From an uncultured Nitrososphaeraceae archaeon (GTDB lineage: Archaea; Thermoproteota; Nitrososphaeria; Nitrososphaerales; Nitrososphaeraceae): DNA of 64,000 bases. Positions 32,879 to 42,258 of this stretch are shown here, one piece after another; within the stretch, counting starts at the first letter, position 1; each line of letters starts with the position of its first letter. The DNA is taken from assembly GCA_963850055.1 (NCBI GenBank), contig CAWKJS010000035.1, forward strand, positions 5,226 through 69,225, written 5' to 3'. A program made the position numbers and the translations under genes. The notes under the pieces were generated by a model. It had not been told where the DNA came from, ran no database searches, and saw only the letters and a list, made by a program, of their open reading frames with translations.

Positions 32879-33929
32879 TCATACGGCTGGAATTTTAACT
32901 TCCTTCTCTAATTTACTTCTATATTCTCTATAGTCCTCATCAATCTCCATTGCTGCTTGAAGTATCTTGCATTCTTATTGTGTTAGATGAATTAATGAAC
33001 ATCTTTGTATCTTTGGGAAGACAGTGACCTCCTATTCCATCTCTTGGTTCTAGTACTTCTACATTCCATTTTGTATTGAGTGATTCTCGTAATTCCGAAA
33101 AACTAACGCTGTTAGACTTACAATAGAGGTAAAGCTCTTCTGCAAATGCTATTTGAAGATATCTATGAGCATTTTCTACTATTTTTGTTAGTTCTGCTAC
33201 TTCAACTGATGATACTGGATGCATTGGAATTGATAGACTTTTTATTCCAGCTGTTGATGTAGCTGTTTCTGTTGTTTGAGGTACTACCTCACGTCCATCA
33301 TAAAAGTTAAGACCGTGTTGCAAACAGCAGTTGCTCACACCTCCTACAATACGTAATTGGTTAACGCCGTGAACTTCTTCTTCTAATGCATACCATCTAT
33401 GTGGGGCATGTACAACGTGTAGTCTATGGTCTACTTTTTCAAATACTTTTTTTGATGTACCTTTTGGTATAGTACTTTCAATTGATATTAATGCACCTGT
33501 TTTAGCTTCTCTAGATATCTTTTGAACAACAGACATCAAACCATCTACTTGTGGTGTAAACATATCATCTGGTCTATGTGTAGATACGCAGATAATTAGT
33601 ACGTCAAAGTCACCAAAGTTGGTTGCTTGTTTTATTCCATAATTGGCTTCAGCTGACTGCATGGTTTTTTGATTGATATCATATCCATAAGTATCAAAAC
33701 CATGATCTTTAACATATTTTGCAACTGGAAGACCAAGTTGGCCAAGTCCTATGATAACAACCCTCTCATTTTTAAGGGTGTTAAGCCCATGGCCCTTTAA
33801 CTTTTCATATGTAAGTGGATTAGTAGGATTAGTAGTGCTAAGGATACTATCAGAATAATTGAACTGTTCTTGTGTCTCCAAACGCGTATCGCCTAAAGAC
33901 TGATCATTTTCCCTCCTTAATGGAATCAT
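32879..33929 (-). CDS. UDP-glucose/GDP-mannose dehydrogenase-like protein lacking the C-terminal domain; +1 frameshift near the 3' end
   Basis: GLGQLG, GYDIN, IESTI, AELTKIVEN, GGHCLPKD; removing one base near 32971 gives ..IRSKILQAAMEIDEDYREY..PAV* ending at 32879. Confidence 0.8.
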
Positions 33930-33963
33930 GATTTATCTTACCAATACTCCTTAATAAATTAAA

Positions 33964-33975
33964 CTGACTGGTCAG
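33964..33975. promoter_or_regulatory. Palindrome CTGAC-TG-GTCAG, candidate TetR operator
   Basis: Inverted repeat about 35 bp upstream of the dehydrogenase start; divergent TetR gene nearby. Confidence 0.45.
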
Positions 33976-34282
33976 ACATGTTTATTAATATCCAGGCCTA
34001 AATTAAATTGTTCGTGAATAGACTTAATTTTAATTCCCAAGAACTTGCTTCAAAGTATTTTTTAAGGTTTAGAATGAGAAATACCTCTTTACCTTTCCCT
34101 AATAGTATAAAAAATCATACTAGAAAATTTCAAATTATTAGTAATTACACTAAACCTATAGTATTATGTGCCATAAATTTTTCATTAAAAAAAAATGGTA
34201 AATCAAATATGTCCCGTATTGAAGTAGTAAACCTTGGAGGACACAAGTATTCTTACAGAAATCTTGAAATGGGTGAACATTA

Positions 34283-34882
34283 ATGTGTCCAAAGGTAACA
34301 TCTCAACATAAGCAAGAAGTACGAGGTAGGATTATCCAATCAGCAATTGAATGCTTTTCGAAAAATGGATTCGATCGAACTCGAATGGATGAGATATCTC
34401 TTTTGGCCGATTTAAGTAAAGGAACATTATATAATTATTTTGATAATAAAGAAGATTTATTTAATGCAATTTGTGAGGATAGTCTTGACCTACTAAAAAT
34501 TCAACTTGATCATTTATTTACTAAAAGTAGGGATGATCTAATATCCAATGCAGAGTTATTTTATGAAAACTTTCAAAAAATACAAAAAGAAGGGAGTACC
34601 AAAGTCTTTTTTGAGGCTTTATCGGAATCAACACGCAATCCAAAATTAAAAATAATCTTGTTCAAACATAGAGTCAAAATCTATAAAGTTGTTGAAAACT
34701 ATTTGCAGATCCAAAGTGATAAGGGGTTTATTAAAGGTGATATTGACTTAACCTATGTTGCCTCAGGAATGGTGTCTCTGTTTGATGGTATTACTGCAGG
34801 AAGTCTCCTTGGGATCCCTGAAGATTATAATAAGAATATTTGGGCCGTAACGATAAAAGCGATATTGTCAAATTTGAACTAA
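34283..34882 (+). CDS. TetR/AcrR family regulator
   Basis: IIQSAIECFSKNGFDRTRMDEISLLADLSKGTLYNYFDNKEDL. Confidence 0.93.
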   Translation: MCPKVTSQHKQEVRGRIIQSAIECFSKNGFDRTRMDEISLLADLSKGTLYNYFDNKEDLFNAICEDSLDLLKIQLDHLFTKSRDDLISNAELFYENFQKIQKEGSTKVFFEALSESTRNPKLKIILFKHRVKIYKVVENYLQIQSDKGFIKGDIDLTYVASGMVSLFDGITAGSLLGIPEDYNKNIWAVTIKAILSNLN

Positions 34883-34990
34883 TATCAAATCAAAGCTAGA
34901 AAGTTGGCATATCAATTTCAAGCGGAGCGATTCTAATTCATATCGATTAGCCTGTATTAATTTATAACCTATTACATCATTAAGACGAGT

Positions 34991-35503
34991 GTGTCATTAT
35001 TGCCTTTTAAAAATAAAGTTCCCAAAATAAATTCCGATTGTTTTATTGCACCGAATTCTGTGATTATCGGTGACGTAGAAATAGGCTCTCGTACATCGAT
35101 TTGGTTTGGTACTGTTCTTAGAGGTGACGTCTTTCACATCAGAGTTGGATATAATACCAATATACAAGATAATAGCGTTGTGCATGTTACCACTAATAAA
35201 TATCCAACCATCATTGGCAACAATGTTACTATTGGTCATTCGGTGACACTTCATGGTTGTTCAATAAAAGATAACTCGTTGGTTGGAATTGGTTCAGTTG
35301 TAATGGATGAGTGCGAGCTTGGAGAATGGTCTATAATTGCTGCAGGATCCGTGGTTAAGCCAAACACTAAAATTCCCTCAGGCAAACTTTGGGGGGGATT
35401 GCCCGCAAAGGAAATCCGTGACATAAATGACAAGGAACGAGAGTGGATAAAAGAGTTATCAAATAATTACTTAGAATTATCAAAACAATATTTGAGTATA
35501 TAA
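34991..35503 (+). CDS. Gamma carbonic anhydrase family protein
   Basis: LRGD, NIQDNSVVH, IGHSVTLHG, hexapeptide repeats. Confidence 0.92.
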   Translation: MSLLPFKNKVPKINSDCFIAPNSVIIGDVEIGSRTSIWFGTVLRGDVFHIRVGYNTNIQDNSVVHVTTNKYPTIIGNNVTIGHSVTLHGCSIKDNSLVGIGSVVMDECELGEWSIIAAGSVVKPNTKIPSGKLWGGLPAKEIRDINDKEREWIKELSNNYLELSKQYLSI

Positions 35504-35754
35504 AGGAAAACAGGCATATATTCTTCAAATTTATATACTGTGAATCAAGTTTCTCCCTACTTACAAATATTCAAATCTAATTACTAAAACCAGCTGCATA
35601 AGTTAGAATACTAGCAATGCGTTCTAGTAGAGTTCTATTATATAACTAAATAGGTTAATTTTGTTTCTTCTATTTTTATTGAACATGATGTTGTACTATT
35701 GATGAAGTAATCAGTTATCAAACTGCTTTATGGGATTAGTTAGGATCTTCAATA

Positions 35755-37040
35755 ATGCTAAAGATTATACCATTTAATCTACTATTAATATTCTTAGTAG
35801 TGGTAGTAACAGGTACAGGTACACAAGCAATCTTTAATCAAAACGTATTAGCACAAAGCTCAGGTGAAGACAGTTCCCGTGGATTAAATTTTGATAGTCT
35901 ATTCGGAAGTAGCAAAGAAGGTTTCAGTTTCGATGAAATGTTCCCCTTCGGTGATTCTAGCACTTCAAGTTCTCAGGATGAATCATCATCTAGCGATGAT
36001 GACTCCGCTTCAAGTTCTCAGGATGAATCTGCAGCTACTGATCCATTGGGTGGAATCGATCTCGTATTTCCCTTCAATGATATTCAATCTCCAAAAGCAC
36101 AATCTGATACACCATCTGAAGACGCAAGCTCCACAAGTCCAGACGACAATAGTAAATCTATAGCTCCTCAGAATGAATCACCTTCTAACGATGAAAACGC
36201 AACAAGCTCTGACGATGAAACCGCAACAAGCTCTGACGATGACAGCACCAAATCAAGCTCTGACGAAGAAACCGCAACAAGCTCTGACGATGACAGCACC
36301 AAATCAAGCTCTGACGAAGAAACCGCAACAAGCTCTGACGATGACAGCACCAAATCAAGCTCTGACGAAGAAACCGCAACAAGCTCTGACGATGACAGCA
36401 CCAAATCAAGCTCTGACGAAGAAACCGCAACAAGCTCTGACGATGACAGCACCAAATCAAGCTCTGACGAAGAAACCGCAACAAGCTCTGACGATGACAG
36501 CACCAAATCAAGCTCTGACGAAGAAACCGCAACAAGCTCTGACGATGACAGCACCAAATCAAGCTCTGACGAAGAAACCGCAACAAGCTCTGACGATGAC
36601 AGCACCAAATCAAGCTCTGACGAAGAAACCGCAACAAGCTCTGACGAAGAAACCGCAACAAGCTCTGACGATGACAGCACCAAATCAAGCTCTGACGAAG
36701 AAACCGCAACAGCTCTGACGATGACAGCACCAAATCAAGCTCTGACGAAGAAACCGCAACAAGCTCTGACGATGACAGCACCAAATCAAGCTCTGATGAA
36801 AGCTCTGACGATGACAGCACCAAATCAAGCTCTGATGAAAGCTCTGACGATGACAGCACCAAATCAAGCTCAGACAACTCTCGTATGATTGCTCCTCAAA
36901 GTGAAACTACAACAACAGAAACAGGTAAGCCAGTAGCTCCTCAAAGTGAAACTACAACAACAGAAACAGGTAAGCCAGTAGCTCCTCAAAGTGAAACTAC
37001 AACAACAGAAACAGGTAAACCAGTAGCCCCAATAGCATAA
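35755..37040 (+). CDS. Secreted Ser/Asp/Thr-rich repeat protein; one-base deletion near 36710
   Basis: Signal peptide; SSDDDSTKSSSDEETAT repeats; one unit reads GCAACAGCTCT instead of GCAACAAGCTCT; restored frame runs through APQSETTTTETGKPV x3 to TAA at 37040. Confidence 0.8.
36205..36872 (+). repeat. 51-bp coding tandem repeat, about 10 full units plus shorter variants
   Basis: Unit AGCTCTGACGATGACAGCACCAAATCAAGCTCTGACGAAGAAACCGCAACA. Confidence 0.95.
36891..37029 (+). repeat. 45-bp coding tandem repeat x3
   Basis: Unit GCTCCTCAAAGTGAAACTACAACAACAGAAACAGGTAAGCCAGTA. Confidence 0.93.
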
Positions 37041-37341
37041 TAGGATTAACAATGATTAGGTGATGCAGGTGCGAATGAAAAAATTCCATACCTGCAATCC
37101 TAAAACCAACTTTTTCATATTTTTGATTTATTCAGATTATTAGTTTCATTTTTTGATGTATTATTTCGGGTCATTCGACATATAGAATAATCAATTTTAC
37201 AATAGAAAATCTCATTTTATGTGCAGCTATTAATGTTATTATGAATTTATGAATCTCAATTTTGCAATGTTTTCATTTGGCAGTTCAACATGTAGTTTCT
37301 TCATTTCAATAGTAGTTTCTTCATTTCAAGAGTATTTAGTT

Positions 37342-37569
37342 TCATGAAACGGATTCAAATATTTTCCTGAGATCTTCCTTAAGGGCTTTGTATTTGTCCA
37401 GTCTTGTTCGTCCTTCCTCTGTGGATGGTATATTCTCTAATAATTTTCTCTGTTCTTTTTCTGTCATACAGTCAACCGAGTTCAGGATGTCTTCTAGTTC
37501 AGACTTTGATAATTCAAGTGTGATTATTTCATTGGGATGATTCGTTTTAACAATTTTTGTCATGTTCAT
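37342..37569 (-). CDS. Small hypothetical protein
   Basis: 75 aa helical, charged ORF. Confidence 0.6.
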   Translation of the reverse strand: MNMTKIVKTNHPNEIITLELSKSELEDILNSVDCMTEKEQRKLLENIPSTEEGRTRLDKYKALKEDLRKIFESVS

Positions 37570-37852
37570 ATTGATATGTTCAAATTAATATCTTTGTTCA
37601 TAGCCGAACACGGACTAGCCTAGGTTGTAACAATTTTCGACATTAAAATTAATCGAAATGGTTAAGGTTAAACCTTGATTGATCCAAATAAATTCATTTC
37701 CTAAATAGTCTTAATTTATGCCTTCATAATTCAATTATTTAATCCTCTTTTAAATATTCAAATGTTACTGCTGTGGTATAGTATTTCTCAAATTCATATG
37801 TGTTCTAATTTCAAATAGGATGAGGTACATGATGTGTCGTTAGCCTCAAGAA

Positions 37853-38527
37853 TTATCCTATTTTTAGACTCACTTCTTCCCCATGTCCGATTGGGACTGT
37901 TACTGATTGAACAAAATCCTTTTTCCTTATATGTTCTACATATTTAGACATACTTGGTCTATATTCTTCAGGATACAATACATTATCAGTAACGATTACT
38001 CCACCCTTCTTGACCATTGTTAGAGATAAATCAAAATATTCTGGCAAATTTTCCTTATCCGCATCCAAAAAAATGAAGTCAAAATATTGGGATCGATCGT
38101 CTGGATTATCATTAACATAGTTTGACAATTGCTTTAGTACTTCTATGGCATTTCCTTCAATTATTTCTATTAAATCACTGACTCCAGCATTCTTAAAATT
38201 TGTTGTTGCTTTCTTGATCTTAAGTGGATTATTGTCTATGGTGGTGATGTTTCCTTTTGACAGGCGAGAGTTTTCTTTATTCTGATAAAACGAATATACT
38301 AACCACAGTGTCGAGTATCCAACAGATGTTCCTACTTCTAATATCTTTTTGGCATTCATGGATGATAGTAAGATACTGAAAAATTTTCCAGTGTCACTGG
38401 TAATCGCAAGCATCGAATCTTCATGGGATACATCTGTCAAGCCTGATCTTTCTAATGCTGATTGTTTTTCCAGCTCGGTTAAGACTTTATTGATTCTTGA
38501 ACACGTATTAAGATCCATGTCTGACAT
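37853..38527 (-). CDS. Class I SAM-dependent O-methyltransferase (CCoAOMT/COMT-like)
   Basis: ILEVGTSVGYS, FDFIFLDADK, GGVIVTDNV. Confidence 0.92.
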   Translation of the reverse strand: MSDMDLNTCSRINKVLTELEKQSALERSGLTDVSHEDSMLAITSDTGKFFSILLSSMNAKKILEVGTSVGYSTLWLVYSFYQNKENSRLSKGNITTIDNNPLKIKKATTNFKNAGVSDLIEIIEGNAIEVLKQLSNYVNDNPDDRSQYFDFIFLDADKENLPEYFDLSLTMVKKGGVIVTDNVLYPEEYRPSMSKYVEHIRKKDFVQSVTVPIGHGEEVSLKIG

Positions 38528-39059
38528 ATTCTCGTACTATGATTATTTGGTTATCCTAATATTAAAACCAGATTTTTTGTATTCTAAATTATAGAATTTT
38601 ATGGTGGTTGTTGTTCAAGCATATAGTTAAACGTGAAACTATCAGACTCAAATTTTCAGAAAATATGCAAGGTACAATTGTTTTACAAGCATGTTACATA
38701 AAATCTCAAATTTGAATATCTCTCCAGATTTCTAGCGAGAGAGATATCGTAAAAGTACACTATTATTCCGAATAATAGAGATTTCGGGCTTGATTAGTCG
38801 TTTCTTATTACCCACCCATAACGGTATTATGTTTAGGGTATGAAAATAGCGCTCATTTAGCAAAATTTGATTAGTGCCATACCCAAAAATATTTATGTTC
38901 AAACTCCGATTAATAAATCGATAATTTTTCTACTTTTGGAATTTTGTTTCTGAGGTTATAATGATTTTCTAAAATTCAATTTTTATTGATTGTTAAATTC
39001 AAAAAAAATGAAAAATAGCAAATATTTTTAATAAAGTTCATCCTACAATAGTTATAGAA

Positions 39060-39734
39060 ATGAAAACCCTTCAAATTGCTACCTTTGGTGACGATGATCA
39101 AGATGGGATTGCACTGGGGATTCGAAATTTTCCAATTCACCAACTCATATTAATATGCTACTCAAGCGATGAATCGAAAGCCGTCGACTATTCAAAGAAG
39201 ATTGAAACAATAATCGGTATCGGTTCAGAAATAATTCTTGTTGAGAAGGAAAACGTCGTAAAGGATACAATTGAAAGAGTTAATGAAGTATTATTAAAGA
39301 AAAGTATGGAATATCATCAGATACTAATGAATGTAAGTTCTGGGGATAAATTAATCAGTTGTGCTGCACTCTCATCCGCATTCATTAATGGAATAAAGGC
39401 CTTTGCAATGGACCATGCTCACACGGTACCTCTGTTATTACCAGTACTAAAGTTCAGTTACAGTGAAATCATATCAGATACTAAAATAAAAATACTAAAA
39501 AGTATTGATAGTATAGGCGGAATGGTAAGTAGCTTGGAAGAACTAGAACAAATTTCAGGTTATGGCAAACCTCTTTTAAGTTATCATGTTCAGGGCGGTA
39601 AGGAAAATAAAGGATTGGCAGACTTGGGGTTGGTAGAAGTAGATAAAGGTGACAGAGGTAAAACAGTAATTAATATCACTACTTTAGGCAAACTAATGGT
39701 TACATCTAACCTCGTAAATTCTTCTCAGCATTAA
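39060..39734 (+). CDS. CARF-like Rossmann domain plus winged-HTH transcription regulator
   Basis: LQIATFG, LMNVSSGDK, C-terminal SLEEL..KPLLSYHV..LADLGLVEV..ITTLGK. Confidence 0.7.
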   Translation: MKTLQIATFGDDDQDGIALGIRNFPIHQLILICYSSDESKAVDYSKKIETIIGIGSEIILVEKENVVKDTIERVNEVLLKKSMEYHQILMNVSSGDKLISCAALSSAFINGIKAFAMDHAHTVPLLLPVLKFSYSEIISDTKIKILKSIDSIGGMVSSLEELEQISGYGKPLLSYHVQGGKENKGLADLGLVEVDKGDRGKTVINITTLGKLMVTSNLVNSSQH

Positions 39735-39778
39735 TATTATGTTTATCTTAAAAAAATGATAATCTAAGAGTATTAGAT

Positions 39779-39876
39779 GGGCTCGTAGCGCAGACTTTGT
39801 CAAATCAAAGGTGCATAATGGATAGCGCGGACGCCTCCTAAGCGTCAGGCCGAGGGTTCAAATCCCTCCGGGCCCG
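39779..39876 (+). tRNA. tRNA-Arg(CCT) with 23-nt intron at position 15/16 (39794-39816)
   Basis: Acceptor GGGCTCG/CGGGCCC, D stem GCGC/GCGC, anticodon arm GACGC-CTCCTAA-GCGTC, T arm GAGGG-TTCAAAT-CCCTC; BHB-like junction. Confidence 0.93.
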
Positions 39877-40098
39877 CATCTATATAGGTCTTTAAATTGG
39901 ATTCCATTGATTATACCTTGTATAATATGGTCATTGAAACAACGAATCCTAAGATTGAACATTTTAATTCTTCAATTCTTTTTATCCATTTTAGAACTAT
40001 TTTTTAATCCAAAATTTATGAAAATATCAAGACTATGTATCTTGTTTATAAGAACATTGTCAGCGCGCTCAACCTTATGAAACCAAACTTGAACATTC

Positions 40099-40380
40099 TT
40101 AGGTTGACATGTATGAAGTCTCTCCCACCTGTTGCATTAAATAGCCAAATTTTCGTACATACTCTTGTCCTTCTAAAGTAGTTTTGATTGTTCTTTGATT
40201 ATAGTTAATATCTAAAAAGCCTAATCTTTCCAAGTAAATCAAGCACTCATTTAACATAGGATAGGGTACCATAAGTTGTCTATTTAGAGAGCCTCTTGTA
40301 TGATATTCATTAATAGTACATGATTTTAATATAAGATAGTATAATTCTAGCCGACTTCGGTTAAATACAGGTTCTTTCAT
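40099..40380 (-). CDS. Small winged helix-turn-helix protein
   Basis: RSRLELYYLIL..YLERLGFL..KTTLEG. Confidence 0.75.
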   Translation of the reverse strand: MKEPVFNRSRLELYYLILKSCTINEYHTRGSLNRQLMVPYPMLNECLIYLERLGFLDINYNQRTIKTTLEGQEYVRKFGYLMQQVGETSYMST

Positions 40381-40440
40381 TCTTTATCATCTAGCAGTCA
40401 ATGATGGATTGTGATAATAGAATTATCAAAAAAAGAGAGG

Positions 40441-41042
40441 TTATTGTTGTGCTGCTGCGTTGCTACCTGAGTTTTCTTGGTTTTGGAAGCTAAAGTTGTT
40501 TCCTGAGCCTATCGAATCTCCGCCAGAAACTACTTGGCTGTTTTGTTCACTTGATTGTGATTGACCAATTCCCTGTCTTGCACTATTGCCATCACCATCA
40601 TCTCCACCGTCCTGAGCTAAAGCGTTGTTCCCAGAGTTTTCTTGGTTTTGAAGGCTTATGTTGTTACAAGAGCCTTCGGTATCTCCACCAGAAATGCATT
40701 GAGAGTTTTGTTCATTGATGATTGTGATTGTCCTATAGCTTGAGATGCTGAGTTTCCACCATTATCATTATCATCGTCATTATCATCATCATCGTCATCA
40801 ATGGTCTTAGATCCAAAATCACCATCATAATCTTCACCAAAGTGAAGTCTTAGATCCTTATCACATGCTTCTTCATTATCTTCATAATAATCTTCATCAT
40901 CCCTACATTGTTCACTATCTACGCCATTGGTTGCAAATGCGCTTTGAAAATTCGATACTGAAGGACCGAATGTCATAATGGCTGATAATACAGCCACTAC
41001 TAATACTAGTGTAGTTTTGTTTGTGTTTTTTGACTTTAACAT
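40441..41042 (-). CDS. Secreted acidic, Q/N/S/G-repeat protein; frameshift near 40715
   Basis: Signal peptide; shifted frame continues EQNSQCISGGDTEGSCNNISLQNQENSGNNALAQ..SARQGIGQSQSSEQNSQVVSGGDSIGSGNNFSFQNQENSGSNAAAQQ* at 40441. Confidence 0.75.
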
Positions 41043-41357
41043 TTTAAACTTGATTTATAAACGTAAAATATGAGATATAATAATTAATGAAGATAATTAG
41101 GATATTAACTTCTAATAGATAATTTCGAAATTATCATCTATAATACTCTTATATGTTTAGAGCGGGAAAAATTTAGAGCAGACAAGACCCTTAAACGATA
41201 AATGCTAGAACCAAAATTGTTATCTTTATGAAACGTTTCGTCATCGAAAAACTAAAAAAAAGATTCGCAGTAGCATTTTGACTTTGGTGAAGTCTTCCTT
41301 AGTAATGCCTATTAAATCACTAGATAGATCCTTTTTAAAGACCGATATCAGCACTCC

Positions 41358-41371
41358 TCCCTCCGCGCCCG
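41358..41371 (+). repeat. Degenerate copy of tRNA-Arg 3' end (att-like)
   Basis: TCCCTCCGCGCCCG vs tRNA TCCCTCCGGGCCCG at 39863-39876, 13/14 identical. Confidence 0.45.
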
Positions 41372-41609
41372 TTTTTATTTATTCTAAAATGATGGTTTTT
41401 ATAAAAAGTAAAAGGTAGAGTTCCAAATTTGGTAGAACGAGAATTAAAGATCCCACCACCAAAACTTGGTGTTGTAGATATCTTACCGTCTAATTTCTCA
41501 AATTTTAGTTCAAATAAATAAAAGAAACCATTTGGTTGATTTGGCCTCGAGGACAGAAATCGCTTTTTACCATTCGTTATAAAAGTGAGAAAATATTTGT
41601 TTTTCAGAT

Positions 41610-42209
41610 TTATACTGGGTACGAATTTTCGCTTTTCCCATTCTTATTGATGATCAAAATATCTATCCCATCCCCACTCGCAGAATCCCTTTGAATGGAT
41701 GATCGAATGGATTTTAATGCCAGATTAGTTGCTTTCTCCTCATCAAGGTTTTCATTGAACTCTGCATCCATAACTCCCAATGCCATTTCAGCTCCAGTTC
41801 CTACTGCGGCATATCTATCTGGTAAAACTGAACCCAGCGGATCGAGAGTATAAATTTCTGGTTTGCCAGTTGTAACACCTCCCACCACAACTTGAGTCAA
41901 TAAAGGGAAGTATCTCCTTTCAAACATTATAACGGACATCAATTTTGCTACCGAATTTGGTTCGACATTACGTCGGGTTTCCAATTTCCTGATTTTTGAT
42001 AGAGCGCTTACCTGGCGTACGAGAACCTGCATGTCAGCAACCATACCTGCACAGGCGGCACCTACATGATCAGTAACATTAAATGTTTTTTTAGTATTTT
42101 TATTAACTACGAAATTGCCATATGAAACTCTCTTTTCAGCAGCCAAAAGTACTCCATCATTGTAAGTAATACCAACTGCTGTTGCTCCGGGCATAAATTG
42201 AAAAGCCAT
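41610..42209 (-). CDS. psmB: Proteasome beta subunit (GAT-type)
   Basis: GATAVG, AAEKR, AGMVAD, TLDPLGS, GTG, RDSASGDG. Confidence 0.92.
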   Translation of the reverse strand: MAFQFMPGATAVGITYNDGVLLAAEKRVSYGNFVVNKNTKKTFNVTDHVGAACAGMVADMQVLVRQVSALSKIRKLETRRNVEPNSVAKLMSVIMFERRYFPLLTQVVVGGVTTGKPEIYTLDPLGSVLPDRYAAVGTGAEMALGVMDAEFNENLDEEKATNLALKSIRSSIQRDSASGDGIDILIINKNGKSENSYPV

Positions 42210-42258
42210 TTAATAATTAAAAAAAAAGAGTTAGATTTAGTCGTTTCTATATTGGTGC

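Noticed and set aside
34008-34283. 91-aa ORF upstream of TetR
   Set aside because: TTG start in AT-rich promoter region, no motif
36168-36877. Tandem array and the long overlapping ORFs in other frames, as CRISPR or extra genes
   Set aside because: No unique spacers; unit is a multiple of 3 and lacks stops in several frames, so these ORFs are shadows of one coding repeat
37056-37103. Imperfect stem-loop TTAGG..TGCAGGT / ACCTGCA..CCTAA after the repeat gene
   Set aside because: Could be a 3' stability or termination hairpin, but too imperfect to call
37292-37329. 18-bp direct repeat GTAGTTTCTTCATTTCAA x2
   Set aside because: Only two copies 2 bp apart; a local duplication, not CRISPR
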